The translations under genes were made by a program, and so were the position numbers. A DNA stretch of 64,000 nucleotides from positions 3,413 to 67,412 of the IMG/VR virus record IMGVR_UViG_3300009164_000068; one strand, given 5' to 3'. The notes under the pieces were generated by a model that saw nothing but the letters and a program-made list of their open reading frames with translations, made no database searches and was not told where the DNA came from. Of this stretch, positions 28,290 through 38,404 are shown in pieces (positions within the stretch are counted from its first letter, which is position 1; each line of letters begins with the position of its first letter). Origin of the DNA: a virus.

Positions 28290-30910
28290 TGGCTTATACA
28301 ATTCCGTTTACTGATACCGCAACTAATCCAGATCCGATTAGTGTTCCGGATCAGACTCTTAATAATTATGACACCAGCTTAACATTTGTAGGTAAAAACT
28401 TTCCAGGCTATGCTCAAAGTATTGGTAAAAACTTTTTACAACTCTTAGAACATTTCGCAGGCCCAACTGAACCTCCGAATAAAATAAGAGGACAATTATG
28501 GTATGATACTGGTACTTCTGTAAGTCCAGCTCGCCCTCAACTTAAAGTATACGACGGCACCCGATGGACTGAAGCCGGCAACTTAAAGAAAGGCACAATC
28601 CAACCCAGCGCCGAAAACAGTGTTCTTGGCGATTTGTGGGTTGATATTGCTAATCAGCAACTGTATTTGTATGCAGGTAGCGGATGGGTATTAGTTGGCC
28701 CACAATTTAGTGAAGGCAGTCTTTCGGGACTAAAAGCTGAACCCATTATTGATAGAGATACTAATACAGCAAAAACTGTTTTAATTTTTTATGTTAGCGA
28801 CTTGCCGGTAATCATTATTAGCAAAGATACATTTACACCTAAAGTATCAATTATTGGATTCGATATTCTTAGACAAGGTATTAATTTATCAGGGTACGAC
28901 TTTGACCTTGATGGGTCAATGTTAAACAAGTTTTGGGGTACAAGTGAAAAATCTAATGCACTTGTCATAGGAAATAATACAATTGCAGCCGCAAATTTTT
29001 TAAGAAGCGATGCAGTTAGCACAACAAATTATACACTTAATGTACGAAATGGTGGCGGCATTGTTATAGGTTCGTCACTTGAAACATCATTAACTACTTC
29101 AGTATCGGGCGCCATCCTTAATCATAAAACTCCTGGCAGTCCTATCTTATTAAAAACAACTACCACAGGCGGCATTTCTAATACTGTAATAACAGTTACC
29201 GGTGATCGTAAAGTTGGTATTAATACTAACCCTACAGCTACACTTGATATTAACGGTAGCTTCCAAGTTAACGGTCGACTAACTTCAACGAATACAACTG
29301 CATCAACTGATTCAAATAGTGGAGCAATTGTTGTATTAGGCGGTGTGGGCGTTGGTGGCGCACTGAACGTAGGCGGAAATACTAAAATAAGCGGCCACTT
29401 AACAGTTGGCGCTTTTGCAACTGCAGGTATTGGTATTGCATCAAGCAGAAATGAATATCACGATATAGGCTCGTCTGGATTAAGATTTAAACATGTATAC
29501 TCTAAAAACTTTACCGGAGATGTGTTTACTGGTAGCTTCGAAGGCGGGCTTACTGGTAACGTAAACGGTTCAGCTGCCCGACTATCTAACACATCTGCGT
29601 TTTCTATGACTGGTGATGTTACCAGCAATACTATTCCGTTTAACGGATCGTCGTTAGTTGAAACAAAAAATATTCTTACCATTGCCAGAAATGCATTGGG
29701 TATCGCAACAATTACAACTACTACTCCTCATTCTTATGTAACAGGTTATATTGTTTCTGTAAGTTGCTCAAATGCTACATTTAATTCAATTAGTACACCA
29801 ATCATAATTACTGGCCCGTCTACTTTTACATATCAAAGTTCTGGAGCAACAGTTAGTTCTGGAACTTCAGCAACTGGCACTATTACTGTTACTCCAGGCG
29901 GAAGTTTTACAACAGTTATTAGCGATAGTATTATTGCAGACAAAACAGAACTTGTTACATCAAGCGATGCTGATTATTTTCTTGTTTACAGAGCAACAGC
30001 AAGTCCTACACTAAGAAAGATTAGTAAAGCAACTTTATTTTCCACAGCAGGAACAGTACCAGTAGGATCTATTATGCCCTTTGGTGGCGACACTCCGCCG
30101 GCTGGTTACTTATTATGCGACGGCAGCGAACAAAGTAAGAGCGTATATGGTGATTTGTTTAGCATAATTGGATACAAATATAAGGCTTCAGGATTGTTGA
30201 CAGGATATCAGACATTTGCATTACCAGACTTAAGAGGCCGCTTTCCGTTGGGTCGTGATGACATGGATAATGCTAATACTGTTAATCTTGAAATTACTGC
30301 ATCGAATGCATCAAGAGCAGCAATAACAGCCATAGGTTCAATTTCTACTACCTTTGTTATTTTAAATTCTGCCACAATACATGGACCTTTTCAAGCAGGT
30401 AAAGCCCTTGAAGGTTCAGGCCTTGATATCACAGGCGGCCCTGTAATTATTACAGCAGTAGCAAATAATACTCCTTCAGTTGGATATACAACAATTACAG
30501 TTTCTATGCAATCGCAGACTACTACGTATCCAGCTGCTACTGGGTTAACTCTACGATCGTTAGGTCTCATAGATGCAGGCGGCGGAGCAGCTGGCAGAGT
30601 AGCCAGTGCAACTACGATTGGTAACGTTAGCGGAACAGCTGAAAAAACACTCGGAGTTAATCAGCTACCTGAGCACTTACATGATTTAAAAGATACATCA
30701 AACAATCAATATTATGCGCTGAGAGATGCTGACGGCACTCCGCCAGAATTAGAAGTATCAGAAGGCAATGTTCACTTTACTTCAGGTAGAGGACATTTCT
30801 TAAAGAATAGCGGCGGCATTAAAACTACAGGTAGTCTTGGACAGCCAGTGGATATAATGAACCCTTATCAAACAATTAACTATGTTATTTTTACTGGTAG
30901 GATTTTATAA
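28289..30910 (+). CDS. Tail fiber protein with tail-collar domain (T4 gp12-like tip)
   Basis: PVGSIMPFGG..PPAGYLLCDGS...F.LPDLRGRFPLG collar motif; LPEHLH (HxH); MNPYQTINYVI C-terminus. Confidence 0.8.
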   Translation: MAYTIPFTDTATNPDPISVPDQTLNNYDTSLTFVGKNFPGYAQSIGKNFLQLLEHFAGPTEPPNKIRGQLWYDTGTSVSPARPQLKVYDGTRWTEAGNLKKGTIQPSAENSVLGDLWVDIANQQLYLYAGSGWVLVGPQFSEGSLSGLKAEPIIDRDTNTAKTVLIFYVSDLPVIIISKDTFTPKVSIIGFDILRQGINLSGYDFDLDGSMLNKFWGTSEKSNALVIGNNTIAAANFLRSDAVSTTNYTLNVRNGGGIVIGSSLETSLTTSVSGAILNHKTPGSPILLKTTTTGGISNTVITVTGDRKVGINTNPTATLDINGSFQVNGRLTSTNTTASTDSNSGAIVVLGGVGVGGALNVGGNTKISGHLTVGAFATAGIGIASSRNEYHDIGSSGLRFKHVYSKNFTGDVFTGSFEGGLTGNVNGSAARLSNTSAFSMTGDVTSNTIPFNGSSLVETKNILTIARNALGIATITTTTPHSYVTGYIVSVSCSNATFNSISTPIIITGPSTFTYQSSGATVSSGTSATGTITVTPGGSFTTVISDSIIADKTELVTSSDADYFLVYRATASPTLRKISKATLFSTAGTVPVGSIMPFGGDTPPAGYLLCDGSEQSKSVYGDLFSIIGYKYKASGLLTGYQTFALPDLRGRFPLGRDDMDNANTVNLEITASNASRAAITAIGSISTTFVILNSATIHGPFQAGKALEGSGLDITGGPVIITAVANNTPSVGYTTITVSMQSQTTTYPAATGLTLRSLGLIDAGGGAAGRVASATTIGNVSGTAEKTLGVNQLPEHLHDLKDTSNNQYYALRDADGTPPELEVSEGNVHFTSGRGHFLKNSGGIKTTGSLGQPVDIMNPYQTINYVIFTGRIL

Positions 30911-33567
30911 TGACTTACAAGATTAATAAAACAGACGGCAGTCTATTAACAGAAGTCATTGACAGTGCAGTAGATACTACTGCTACAGATTTAGCCCTTA
31001 TAGGTAAAAATGTCACAGGCTACGGCGAATATTTAAATGAAAATTTTGTTAAACTATTAGAAAATTTTGCCAGTACCAGCGAGCCTAACAATCCTATTGT
31101 AGGCCAAGTATGGTTCGATCTAAGTGAAAACAGATTAAAAGTATACGACGGCAACGGATTTAGAATCGGCAGCGGCCCCATTGTTAGCGGCACTGCACCG
31201 TTAAATCCAATACAAGGTGATTTCTGGATTGACAGTAACGAAAATCAACTTTATTTTTATGATGGTACAGACAGAGTTCTTGCAGGCCCAGTTTATAAAG
31301 ACAGTCAAGGGTTGTCTGGATTTGATGTAGAGACAATAGCAGATACAGACGGAAACTCACGAGTAATTGTTAAAGTTTGGGCAAGCCAAACGCTAATGGG
31401 TATCTTTAGCAAATACACAGAATTTACTCCTGCAAGTTTAATACCAGGTTACACTGGGTCAATCAAAACAGGATTCAATGCCGGATCACTTGACGGGTTT
31501 AAAATACACGCCCGAGCAGAAAGTGCTGATGCATTAGTTAATGCAGTAGGTGAATTAAAACCTGCATCAAGTTTTATGTTTACAGATGATGATAATGTCA
31601 CCACTGGCAGCATCACTATTAATAATCCTGTACCGTTATCATTAGGTGTTGGCAATGAAAATACTATTGTTGTATCTGCAGGTACAATGCAAATACGAAG
31701 TAATGCTATTGGCCAAGATTTTAAAATAACTACACGCCCGTCGTCAATATTGCCATTTGCTGACGCAATTATGATTAAGTCTGCATCTAACAGGGTAGGT
31801 ATTTTTAATGCTGATCCGCAACAAATGTTGCATGTTGGTACACCAGCTGCTCCTGGCAATGTAATCATTGAAGGTAGCTTAACTGTTAACGGCACGACTA
31901 CTACAATTAATTCTACAGTACTTTCAGTTGATGACATTAATATTATTCTTGGCGATACTGCATCTCCTACTGATGTAACTGCTAACGGTGGCGGTTTTAC
32001 TTTAAGAGGTACTACTAACAAAACATTAACTTGGAATGACGCTACTGATTCGTGGACATCTAATCAAAATTTTGATATTGGATTTGGTAAGTCGTATAAA
32101 ATTAACGGCACTGATATTTTAACGGCATCAACACTTGGATCAACTGTAGTTAATAGTAGTCTAACTTCGTTAGGCACACTTACAACTTTACGTGTAGGAA
32201 ACTTACAAGCTACTGGTAATACAATTACTTCTACTTCAGGTAACGTTGTTATTAGTCCATTTGGCACTGCCACAGTTGACGTTGCATCGAGTTATATTAC
32301 CAGTGTATTAACACCGGATCCTAACCCTGCGGTAACTGCACAAAGAACTTATGCAGTTAACAAAGCATACGTTGATGACCTTATTGGAGTATTAGGATCT
32401 TCTTGGGTTGTAGTAAATACGGACTATCAAGCAACTGCTGGAGATAGATTATTAGTAAGTACTAACTCCGGGCCAATTTCTATACTGTTACCTAAAACAC
32501 CGGCTGTAGGTGATCAAATACGTTTTATAGATTTAGACGGTACATTTGACACTGACAACTTAACAATTAAACGTTATAGAGAACCGGATCTTGCATCGCT
32601 TGGCGGCACTTCTGGATTTAGCTCCATAGGGACATATACCGCAGTGCCTACCACAGCAGTTACCGGTATAGGTACTGGTTTAGAAGTTACCGTTAGGTTA
32701 ACTGCTACGGGAACTACATATACTTCAGCAAATACTACAATAACAGTAGTGGAGCAAGGCAACAACTACCTTGACACAAACACAATTAAGATTCTTGGTA
32801 CTGACATTGGCGGAGTAAGTCCGGCTAACGATCTTATCTTTGATATTAAATTAGATAATATTCTTGCTTTAAATTCGGATCTTGTACTTGACAAAGCTGA
32901 CAATGCATTTGGTTTAATCTATGCTAATGCCCCGCAAGGATGGAAATATGTTGAGAATTTAGATATTGTTGGCGGTATCATTACCGCGGACGTAATAGGT
33001 AATCTAACCGGGAACGTAACTGGAGATGTAACTGGAGATGTAACTGGTAACTTAGTTGGGGACGTAACCGGTAACGTAAACGGAACAGTTACTGGCATGT
33101 TAATTGGAAACGTAATTGGCAACGTAACTGGGAACGTAACTGGCGATATAACTGGAAATGTAACTGGCAACTTACTTGGCAATGTAACCGGTAATATAGT
33201 CGGGGATATAACTACAAGTAATATTCTAAGCGCACTATCGTTACAAATCAGTGCTGCAAGAAATGTTGAGTTAAACATTCCTATGCAGTTAAAAGCATAC
33301 GATACTTCTACAAGAGATACGTTATCATACAGGGGGTTGATTTATAATTCAACCTCAAAAATGGTTCAATATTATGATGGTGTCACAGGATTGTGGCAAA
33401 ATTGCGGATTAGACAATAATAATTCTGTCCCGCGATTTAGATTGCCAACATACTCGGCAGCCAGCATAGCTACATTAACTGCTGTGCAAGCAGGTGAAGT
33501 AGTGTTTGATACCGATACATTGAAAGCAAAAGTTTTTGACGGTACAGTATGGCGGGATTTGTGGTGA
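30910..33567 (+). CDS. Tail fiber protein
   Basis: N-terminal domain shared with 28289 and 33617; GSLTVNGTTTTINST; AGDRLLV...LP..PAVGD.IRFID domain; GNVT repeats. Confidence 0.75.
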   Translation: MTYKINKTDGSLLTEVIDSAVDTTATDLALIGKNVTGYGEYLNENFVKLLENFASTSEPNNPIVGQVWFDLSENRLKVYDGNGFRIGSGPIVSGTAPLNPIQGDFWIDSNENQLYFYDGTDRVLAGPVYKDSQGLSGFDVETIADTDGNSRVIVKVWASQTLMGIFSKYTEFTPASLIPGYTGSIKTGFNAGSLDGFKIHARAESADALVNAVGELKPASSFMFTDDDNVTTGSITINNPVPLSLGVGNENTIVVSAGTMQIRSNAIGQDFKITTRPSSILPFADAIMIKSASNRVGIFNADPQQMLHVGTPAAPGNVIIEGSLTVNGTTTTINSTVLSVDDINIILGDTASPTDVTANGGGFTLRGTTNKTLTWNDATDSWTSNQNFDIGFGKSYKINGTDILTASTLGSTVVNSSLTSLGTLTTLRVGNLQATGNTITSTSGNVVISPFGTATVDVASSYITSVLTPDPNPAVTAQRTYAVNKAYVDDLIGVLGSSWVVVNTDYQATAGDRLLVSTNSGPISILLPKTPAVGDQIRFIDLDGTFDTDNLTIKRYREPDLASLGGTSGFSSIGTYTAVPTTAVTGIGTGLEVTVRLTATGTTYTSANTTITVVEQGNNYLDTNTIKILGTDIGGVSPANDLIFDIKLDNILALNSDLVLDKADNAFGLIYANAPQGWKYVENLDIVGGIITADVIGNLTGNVTGDVTGDVTGNLVGDVTGNVNGTVTGMLIGNVIGNVTGNVTGDITGNVTGNLLGNVTGNIVGDITTSNILSALSLQISAARNVELNIPMQLKAYDTSTRDTLSYRGLIYNSTSKMVQYYDGVTGLWQNCGLDNNNSVPRFRLPTYSAASIATLTAVQAGEVVFDTDTLKAKVFDGTVWRDLW
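32998..33213 (+). repeat. 18 tandem 12-bp units encoding Gxxx tetrapeptides (consensus G[N/D]VT)
   Basis: GNLT GNVT GDVT GDVT GNLV GDVT GNVN GTVT GMLI GNVI GNVT GNVT GDIT GNVT GNLL GNVT GNIV GDIT. Confidence 0.9.
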
Positions 33568-33586
33568 TATACAAATACTTTATTAC

Positions 33587-33593
33587 ATAAATA
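33587..33593 (+). promoter_or_regulatory. Putative late promoter ATAAATA
   Basis: Intergenic, upstream of AGGGG SD and ATG 33617. Confidence 0.6.
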
Positions 33594-33616
33594 TATGAGT
33601 TTAGGGGTTAATCAAA

Positions 33617-35287
33617 ATGTCGTATAGCATAGACAAATACAATGGAACAACGATAGCAGTAGTTGAGGATGGTACTATTGATAGTACTCTCGATATCAAA
33701 TTGATAGGTAAAAACTACGCAGGCTACGGCGAAGTTCAGAATGAAAATTTTGTACACTTATTAGAAAATTTTGCAGGAAGTGCTTCACCACCGCGCCCTA
33801 TAACAGGTCAAATTTGGTACGACATTTCTACAAAGAAAATTAAATTTTACGATGCGTCCTCTGCACGTTGGAGAACTGCTGGCGGAGCTGAAAGCGCAGC
33901 TGGTCCTACAGGCCCAATAGGCCTTGGACAGGGCGACTTTTGGTGGGAAACAAATAACAAACAGTTATATGTATACGATGGATTATCTTATGTTTTAGTG
34001 GGTCCACAAGGTGTTGCTGGATTAGGCACAACACAAATGAAATCAGTTAGCGTTACAGACAATGCTACCGGCGCAAGTCATGCTATTGTTCAAGGTATCA
34101 CTAACGGCGAAGTAATGATGATAATCTCGGCAGACGAGTTTACTCTTAGCCTTGCCAGCGCAATTCCCGGATTTGGCACAATTAAAGAAGGTATTACGTT
34201 AGTTAACACTGACAATTCAGACGGTATTACAGACATTGGCTCTGGTAGAATTATCTGGGGAACTACCAGTAACGCTTTAAAATTAGGTGGTCACGGAATT
34301 GGCGATTTTGTTTTAATAACTCCTGGCGGTATTGAGTTTGACAGTATTGTTAGCTTTGTCGACGAAGGCTGGGTACTTGGTGACGATAATGACCTTGCAG
34401 TTTTTATTGATCCTACCGATTCAATTACTCCAATTGTTAAAACCTTAAATAACGATACAATTAAATTCCAAACTTATAATTCAGCCGCACCAGCAGTGCC
34501 CCATAAGCCTATGACGTTGCAAGGCGCACACATTTTGCCAGGCAACGATGTTACTACTGACTTAGGTGCCGCGTTGACTAAGTTTAGAAATGTCTATGCT
34601 GGATCAGTTTACGGTAACGGAGCAAACATAACAGCATTAAATGCTACAGAGTTAACAACAGGAACAGTTCCGGCAGCTCGTTTATCAGGATCATACACAA
34701 TTAATATTGTTGGCTCAGCGACTTCAGCAGGAACTGCTACTACAGCAACACAAGCTGGCTCGTTAGAAGTTGGCACCGGAACTTATAGAATAGCTAAGGT
34801 AGATAGCTTAGGAGTTGGTACTCCTAATACTATTGCTTGTCGAGATTTTGACGGCAACTTAAATGCAGTACTGTTCCAAGGCACAGCAACATCAGCATTG
34901 TTTGCTGACTTAGCCGAAAAATACTTAGCAGACGAAGAATATGAAATTGGCACAGTAGTTGTTGTAGGCGGCGAAGCCGAAGTCACAGCTTGTCAACTTG
35001 GCGAACGAGCATTTGGTGCTGTTTCGGGTAGCCCAGCTTACATGATGAATGCAGGATTAGAAGGCGGTACTTACATCGCTTTAAAAGGCCGCGTTCCGGT
35101 AAAAGTTTTAGGGCCAGTACGTAAAGGTGATAAATTAATAGCAGCAGGCAACGGTTGTGCAGGATCAGCCCATGTTATATTGAAGAACATGGCTATACGA
35201 GCAGGTAGTTTCCCAGATACGTTTGCTATCGCACTTGAAAACAGCGACGATGACGGAATTAAACTCGTCGAAGCAATTATATTATAA
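33617..35287 (+). CDS. Tail fiber protein with C-terminal ADLAE-type chaperone-like domain
   Basis: Shared N-terminal IGKNYAGYGE..NENF.HLLENFA domain; ADLAEKY...ALKGRVPVKV.GPVRKGDKL. Confidence 0.72.
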   Translation: MSYSIDKYNGTTIAVVEDGTIDSTLDIKLIGKNYAGYGEVQNENFVHLLENFAGSASPPRPITGQIWYDISTKKIKFYDASSARWRTAGGAESAAGPTGPIGLGQGDFWWETNNKQLYVYDGLSYVLVGPQGVAGLGTTQMKSVSVTDNATGASHAIVQGITNGEVMMIISADEFTLSLASAIPGFGTIKEGITLVNTDNSDGITDIGSGRIIWGTTSNALKLGGHGIGDFVLITPGGIEFDSIVSFVDEGWVLGDDNDLAVFIDPTDSITPIVKTLNNDTIKFQTYNSAAPAVPHKPMTLQGAHILPGNDVTTDLGAALTKFRNVYAGSVYGNGANITALNATELTTGTVPAARLSGSYTINIVGSATSAGTATTATQAGSLEVGTGTYRIAKVDSLGVGTPNTIACRDFDGNLNAVLFQGTATSALFADLAEKYLADEEYEIGTVVVVGGEAEVTACQLGERAFGAVSGSPAYMMNAGLEGGTYIALKGRVPVKVLGPVRKGDKLIAAGNGCAGSAHVILKNMAIRAGSFPDTFAIALENSDDDGIKLVEAIIL

Positions 35288-35299
35288 GGAACAACTAAA

Positions 35300-36328
35300 A
35301 TGGCAGAAATGGCAGTAGGCTCGAGAGCCACTACAGCAGACTATAATAATGTCCAAACTTCGATATCAAATATTCTCGGAGTTGGAACAGGCACCAGCGG
35401 TTACGGGCAGACACTTGCAAGTGCCCAAGTTAGCCCTGGCGCAGTTATTACAGCCGCACAATGGAATAATTTAAGATCTGATCTTGCAAGAGCTCGTATG
35501 CACCAAACAGGTAACGCTGTTACTGATGGACTTGCAAGTAACTCTGCTAACCGTGGATCACCATATCAAGTACTTCAAATTATTACCAGCAGTACTACTA
35601 TTAGTGATAGTATTCGAGATCAGTATACTCAATTCTCATCCGGTACAAACAGTCAACGAGACCTTGCAGTTGAATTAACACCTAACATTGCTTTACTTGG
35701 TGTACAGCCTTCTATCACTGGCGCTTTCGGCGGAACAAGTTTGCAACAATCTCGATCGATAGTTATCACGGTAACGTTTTCAGGCTATGGAGCCATATCG
35801 GCAACTAATCACGCTCGTGCATTTTTTAACGCAGGCGGCGCACTACAGTTTACAACGTCACGAACTGGCACAGCAGCAAATTCAAAAGACACAGATTGGA
35901 CATCAATGTTAAGCGGTATTGGCGAGTTTTATTTTAGAAATTCTTCAAGTAGCTTGTTAAGCGGATCGTACAACAGCGGCGGCAGTATTGCAACTGGTAC
36001 TGGTTACAGTACATTGCCGGCTACAGGTGCCGGTGTAAATGGCGGCACAAACTTATTAGTTCAAACATCTTCTGCATCTAAATATGCAGAAAATAGATTT
36101 TACATCTCAGCTAAGAAAACTAACGCATACACATTAGAATTTACTTTCTCTTATCAAGATTTAGATGTAGGTGATCTTCCAGTTGGCGCACCTCCTCCGC
36201 CATACGGACCATTAATTGACGAACCAGTAACGGGTACCATTGGTATTGTTGCACGTTACACACAACCAACTGGCAGTAACGTCAGCGTTAATGCTCCGAC
36301 GGGCTCAGTAGGACTCTGGCTCGTATAA
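35300..36328 (+). CDS. Virion structural protein (tail-associated), Ser/Thr/Gly-rich
   Basis: Last gene of the structural run; G.GYGQ...ITAAQWNNLR.D and ARAFFNAGG motifs. Confidence 0.5.
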   Translation: MAEMAVGSRATTADYNNVQTSISNILGVGTGTSGYGQTLASAQVSPGAVITAAQWNNLRSDLARARMHQTGNAVTDGLASNSANRGSPYQVLQIITSSTTISDSIRDQYTQFSSGTNSQRDLAVELTPNIALLGVQPSITGAFGGTSLQQSRSIVITVTFSGYGAISATNHARAFFNAGGALQFTTSRTGTAANSKDTDWTSMLSGIGEFYFRNSSSSLLSGSYNSGGSIATGTGYSTLPATGAGVNGGTNLLVQTSSASKYAENRFYISAKKTNAYTLEFTFSYQDLDVGDLPVGAPPPPYGPLIDEPVTGTIGIVARYTQPTGSNVSVNAPTGSVGLWLV

Positions 36329-36348
36329 AAAACTTCAAAAGAGTTGAC

Positions 36349-36397
36349 AACTCCCAGACAAATATAGTAATATATACTATATTCCTGGGAGTTTTTT
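36349..36397 (+). terminator. Long hairpin plus U-tract ending the structural module and overlapping the RBS of the next gene
   Basis: AACTCCCAG-aca-AATATAGTA-atata-TACTATATT-c-CTGGGAGTT followed by TTTT; GGGAG (36387-36391) lies in the 3' arm, GTG at 36398. Confidence 0.7.
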
Positions 36398-36748
36398 GTG
36401 GACGAAAAGATTGAAAAAGCATTTGGCATTGCCAATTACATGGCCACCTTATCAGGCCAAAAGCAAATTCTTAAAGAAGAATATCATCAAAGTTTAATTT
36501 TTTATCATAATGGTGGCATGTTTACAGCTACTCGAGAATTGATAAATTTTGTAAAAACATTGACTGATATTAGTGACGCTAACAACGCAGTTTTAGTTGA
36601 TACTAACGAGTTGCCTATTGATATTGATAATCTTGATAAGTTTCTTGAAACAGCGTTAGCAACTTACCAATATGCAATAAATGCATACTACACTGCCTAT
36701 TCAACTTTGAGAAAGAATAGAACTGTTGAAGGCATTATGAGTCTATGA
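36398..36748 (+). CDS. Hypothetical protein, first gene of the modification operon
   Basis: 116-aa ORF, GTG start with GGGAG, overlaps the next start. Confidence 0.65.
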   Translation: MDEKIEKAFGIANYMATLSGQKQILKEEYHQSLIFYHNGGMFTATRELINFVKTLTDISDANNAVLVDTNELPIDIDNLDKFLETALATYQYAINAYYTAYSTLRKNRTVEGIMSL

Positions 36749-37581
36749 CACAGGGAGTTTTATTATTTGCTCAAAATAATTCAATAGTTGATTACACTAA
36801 GTTGGCAGTCTATGCAGCCACACGAGTAAAAGAGCATCTTAATAAACCTGTATGTGTAGTTACTAACAATAAAGCTCAACTGTTAATTAATGATACTGAG
36901 AAGGTAGTTGATTGTATTGTTGAAATAGATGAGCAATCACCTTACACCAAATACTTTTACGATGGTGCAGAAACAAGTGTTAACTTACAATGGAACAACA
37001 CCAGCAGGTCTAATGCATTTTTACTATCTCCATACGACGAAACATTAGTAATTGATGTTGATTATATTATTAACTCTCCTACGTTACAGTATTGCTGGCT
37101 ACAGCCTCAAGATTTTTTAATTTATAAACATTCATTCGATATTGCACAGTGGCGAGATCAACAAGAGTTTGACCATATTAGTCAGTATTCAATTCCATTC
37201 TACTGGGCAACTGCTTTCTGGTTTAGGAAAAATAAAATAACAGAAAGTTTCTTTGAATTAGTTTCACATATCAAGACTAATTGGCACTATTATAAGTACA
37301 TCTATCAAATACACAGCACTAATTTTAGAAATGATTTTGGATTTAGTATTGCCCTTCATATGATGAATGGGTTTGACGTCAACGGCTTTGCTCAACACTT
37401 GCCCAGTAAGATGTTTTATATAACTGATCGAGATTATTTGACTAAGTCAGTAGGTAATATAATGCATTTCTTAGTTGAAAAAGAAGGCGCCCCCGGTGAT
37501 TACATACATCTTAAGACAAATAATCTTGATATGCATGTTATGAACAAGTTTAGTTTACTAAGGTGTATAGAAAATGTCTAA
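36745..37581 (+). CDS. GT-A fold glycosyltransferase-like protein
   Basis: SPYDETLVIDVDY (DxD) motif; paralog of the next gene. Confidence 0.62.
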   Translation: MTQGVLLFAQNNSIVDYTKLAVYAATRVKEHLNKPVCVVTNNKAQLLINDTEKVVDCIVEIDEQSPYTKYFYDGAETSVNLQWNNTSRSNAFLLSPYDETLVIDVDYIINSPTLQYCWLQPQDFLIYKHSFDIAQWRDQQEFDHISQYSIPFYWATAFWFRKNKITESFFELVSHIKTNWHYYKYIYQIHSTNFRNDFGFSIALHMMNGFDVNGFAQHLPSKMFYITDRDYLTKSVGNIMHFLVEKEGAPGDYIHLKTNNLDMHVMNKFSLLRCIENV

Positions 37582-38404
37582 AGGTCACGTATTCATAGCT
37601 CAGAATAGTGACGTTGACTATGTACGTCAGGCCTGCGCATTGGCTCTATCTATTAAACGGTTTAACAAAATAGAAAATAAAACTTGTTTAATTACCAATG
37701 ATATAGTTCCTGAAGTGTATAAACACGCATTTGATTATATCATTCCTATACCATGGGGTGATCTTGCTGCTGAGACCAGTTGGAAAATTGAAAACCGTTG
37801 GAAAATTATACATGCAAGCCCTTTCAAAGAAAACATTGTATATGATGTAGACATGTTGTTATTAAATTCTAACGATCATTGGTGGCAACATTTTTCTAAT
37901 CATAATTTAATGTTTACATCTACAGTAGTAGATTATAGAAAGAATCCTGTTACCAGTGATTTTTATAGAAAAACATTTACAGCTAACCAACTACCCAACA
38001 TATATGTAGGCGCATTTTATTTTAAAAAGAATGCAACGTCATTTGAATTTTTTAAATGGCTTGACGTTATTACTAAAAATTGGCAAGAGTTTTATAAAGA
38101 ATTTTTACCTAACTCTACACAAAAATTTTGCAGTATAGATGTAAGCGCAGCTCTTGCAATTAAATTTATGGGTTGTGAAGATACAGTTGTTGTTCCTGGA
38201 ACAATAATACCGAGTTTTACTCACATGAAACCAGCTATACAAGGCTGGAATACTATCCCGTTAAAATGGACTCATGTTCTTAGTTCCTATTTAGATGATA
38301 ACTGCAATCTAATAGTGGGCAATGTTAAACAACAGGGAGTGTTTCACTATGTTGAAGATGAGTTCCTAACAGAAGATATGATGCTGAAGTTATCTAAAGT
38401 ATGA
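37574..38404 (+). CDS. GT-A fold glycosyltransferase-like protein
   Basis: DYVRQACALALSI; ENRWK..HASPF.ENIVYDVDML (DxD); FTHMK. Confidence 0.65.
   Translation: MSKGHVFIAQNSDVDYVRQACALALSIKRFNKIENKTCLITNDIVPEVYKHAFDYIIPIPWGDLAAETSWKIENRWKIIHASPFKENIVYDVDMLLLNSNDHWWQHFSNHNLMFTSTVVDYRKNPVTSDFYRKTFTANQLPNIYVGAFYFKKNATSFEFFKWLDVITKNWQEFYKEFLPNSTQKFCSIDVSAALAIKFMGCEDTVVVPGTIIPSFTHMKPAIQGWNTIPLKWTHVLSSYLDDNCNLIVGNVKQQGVFHYVEDEFLTEDMMLKLSKV

Noticed and set aside
27221-34918. Diversity-generating retroelement (TR/VR pair) between the two similar fiber segments
   Set aside because: Mismatches are mostly C/T and synonymous rather than adenine-specific, both copies are coding, and no reverse transcriptase is in the window
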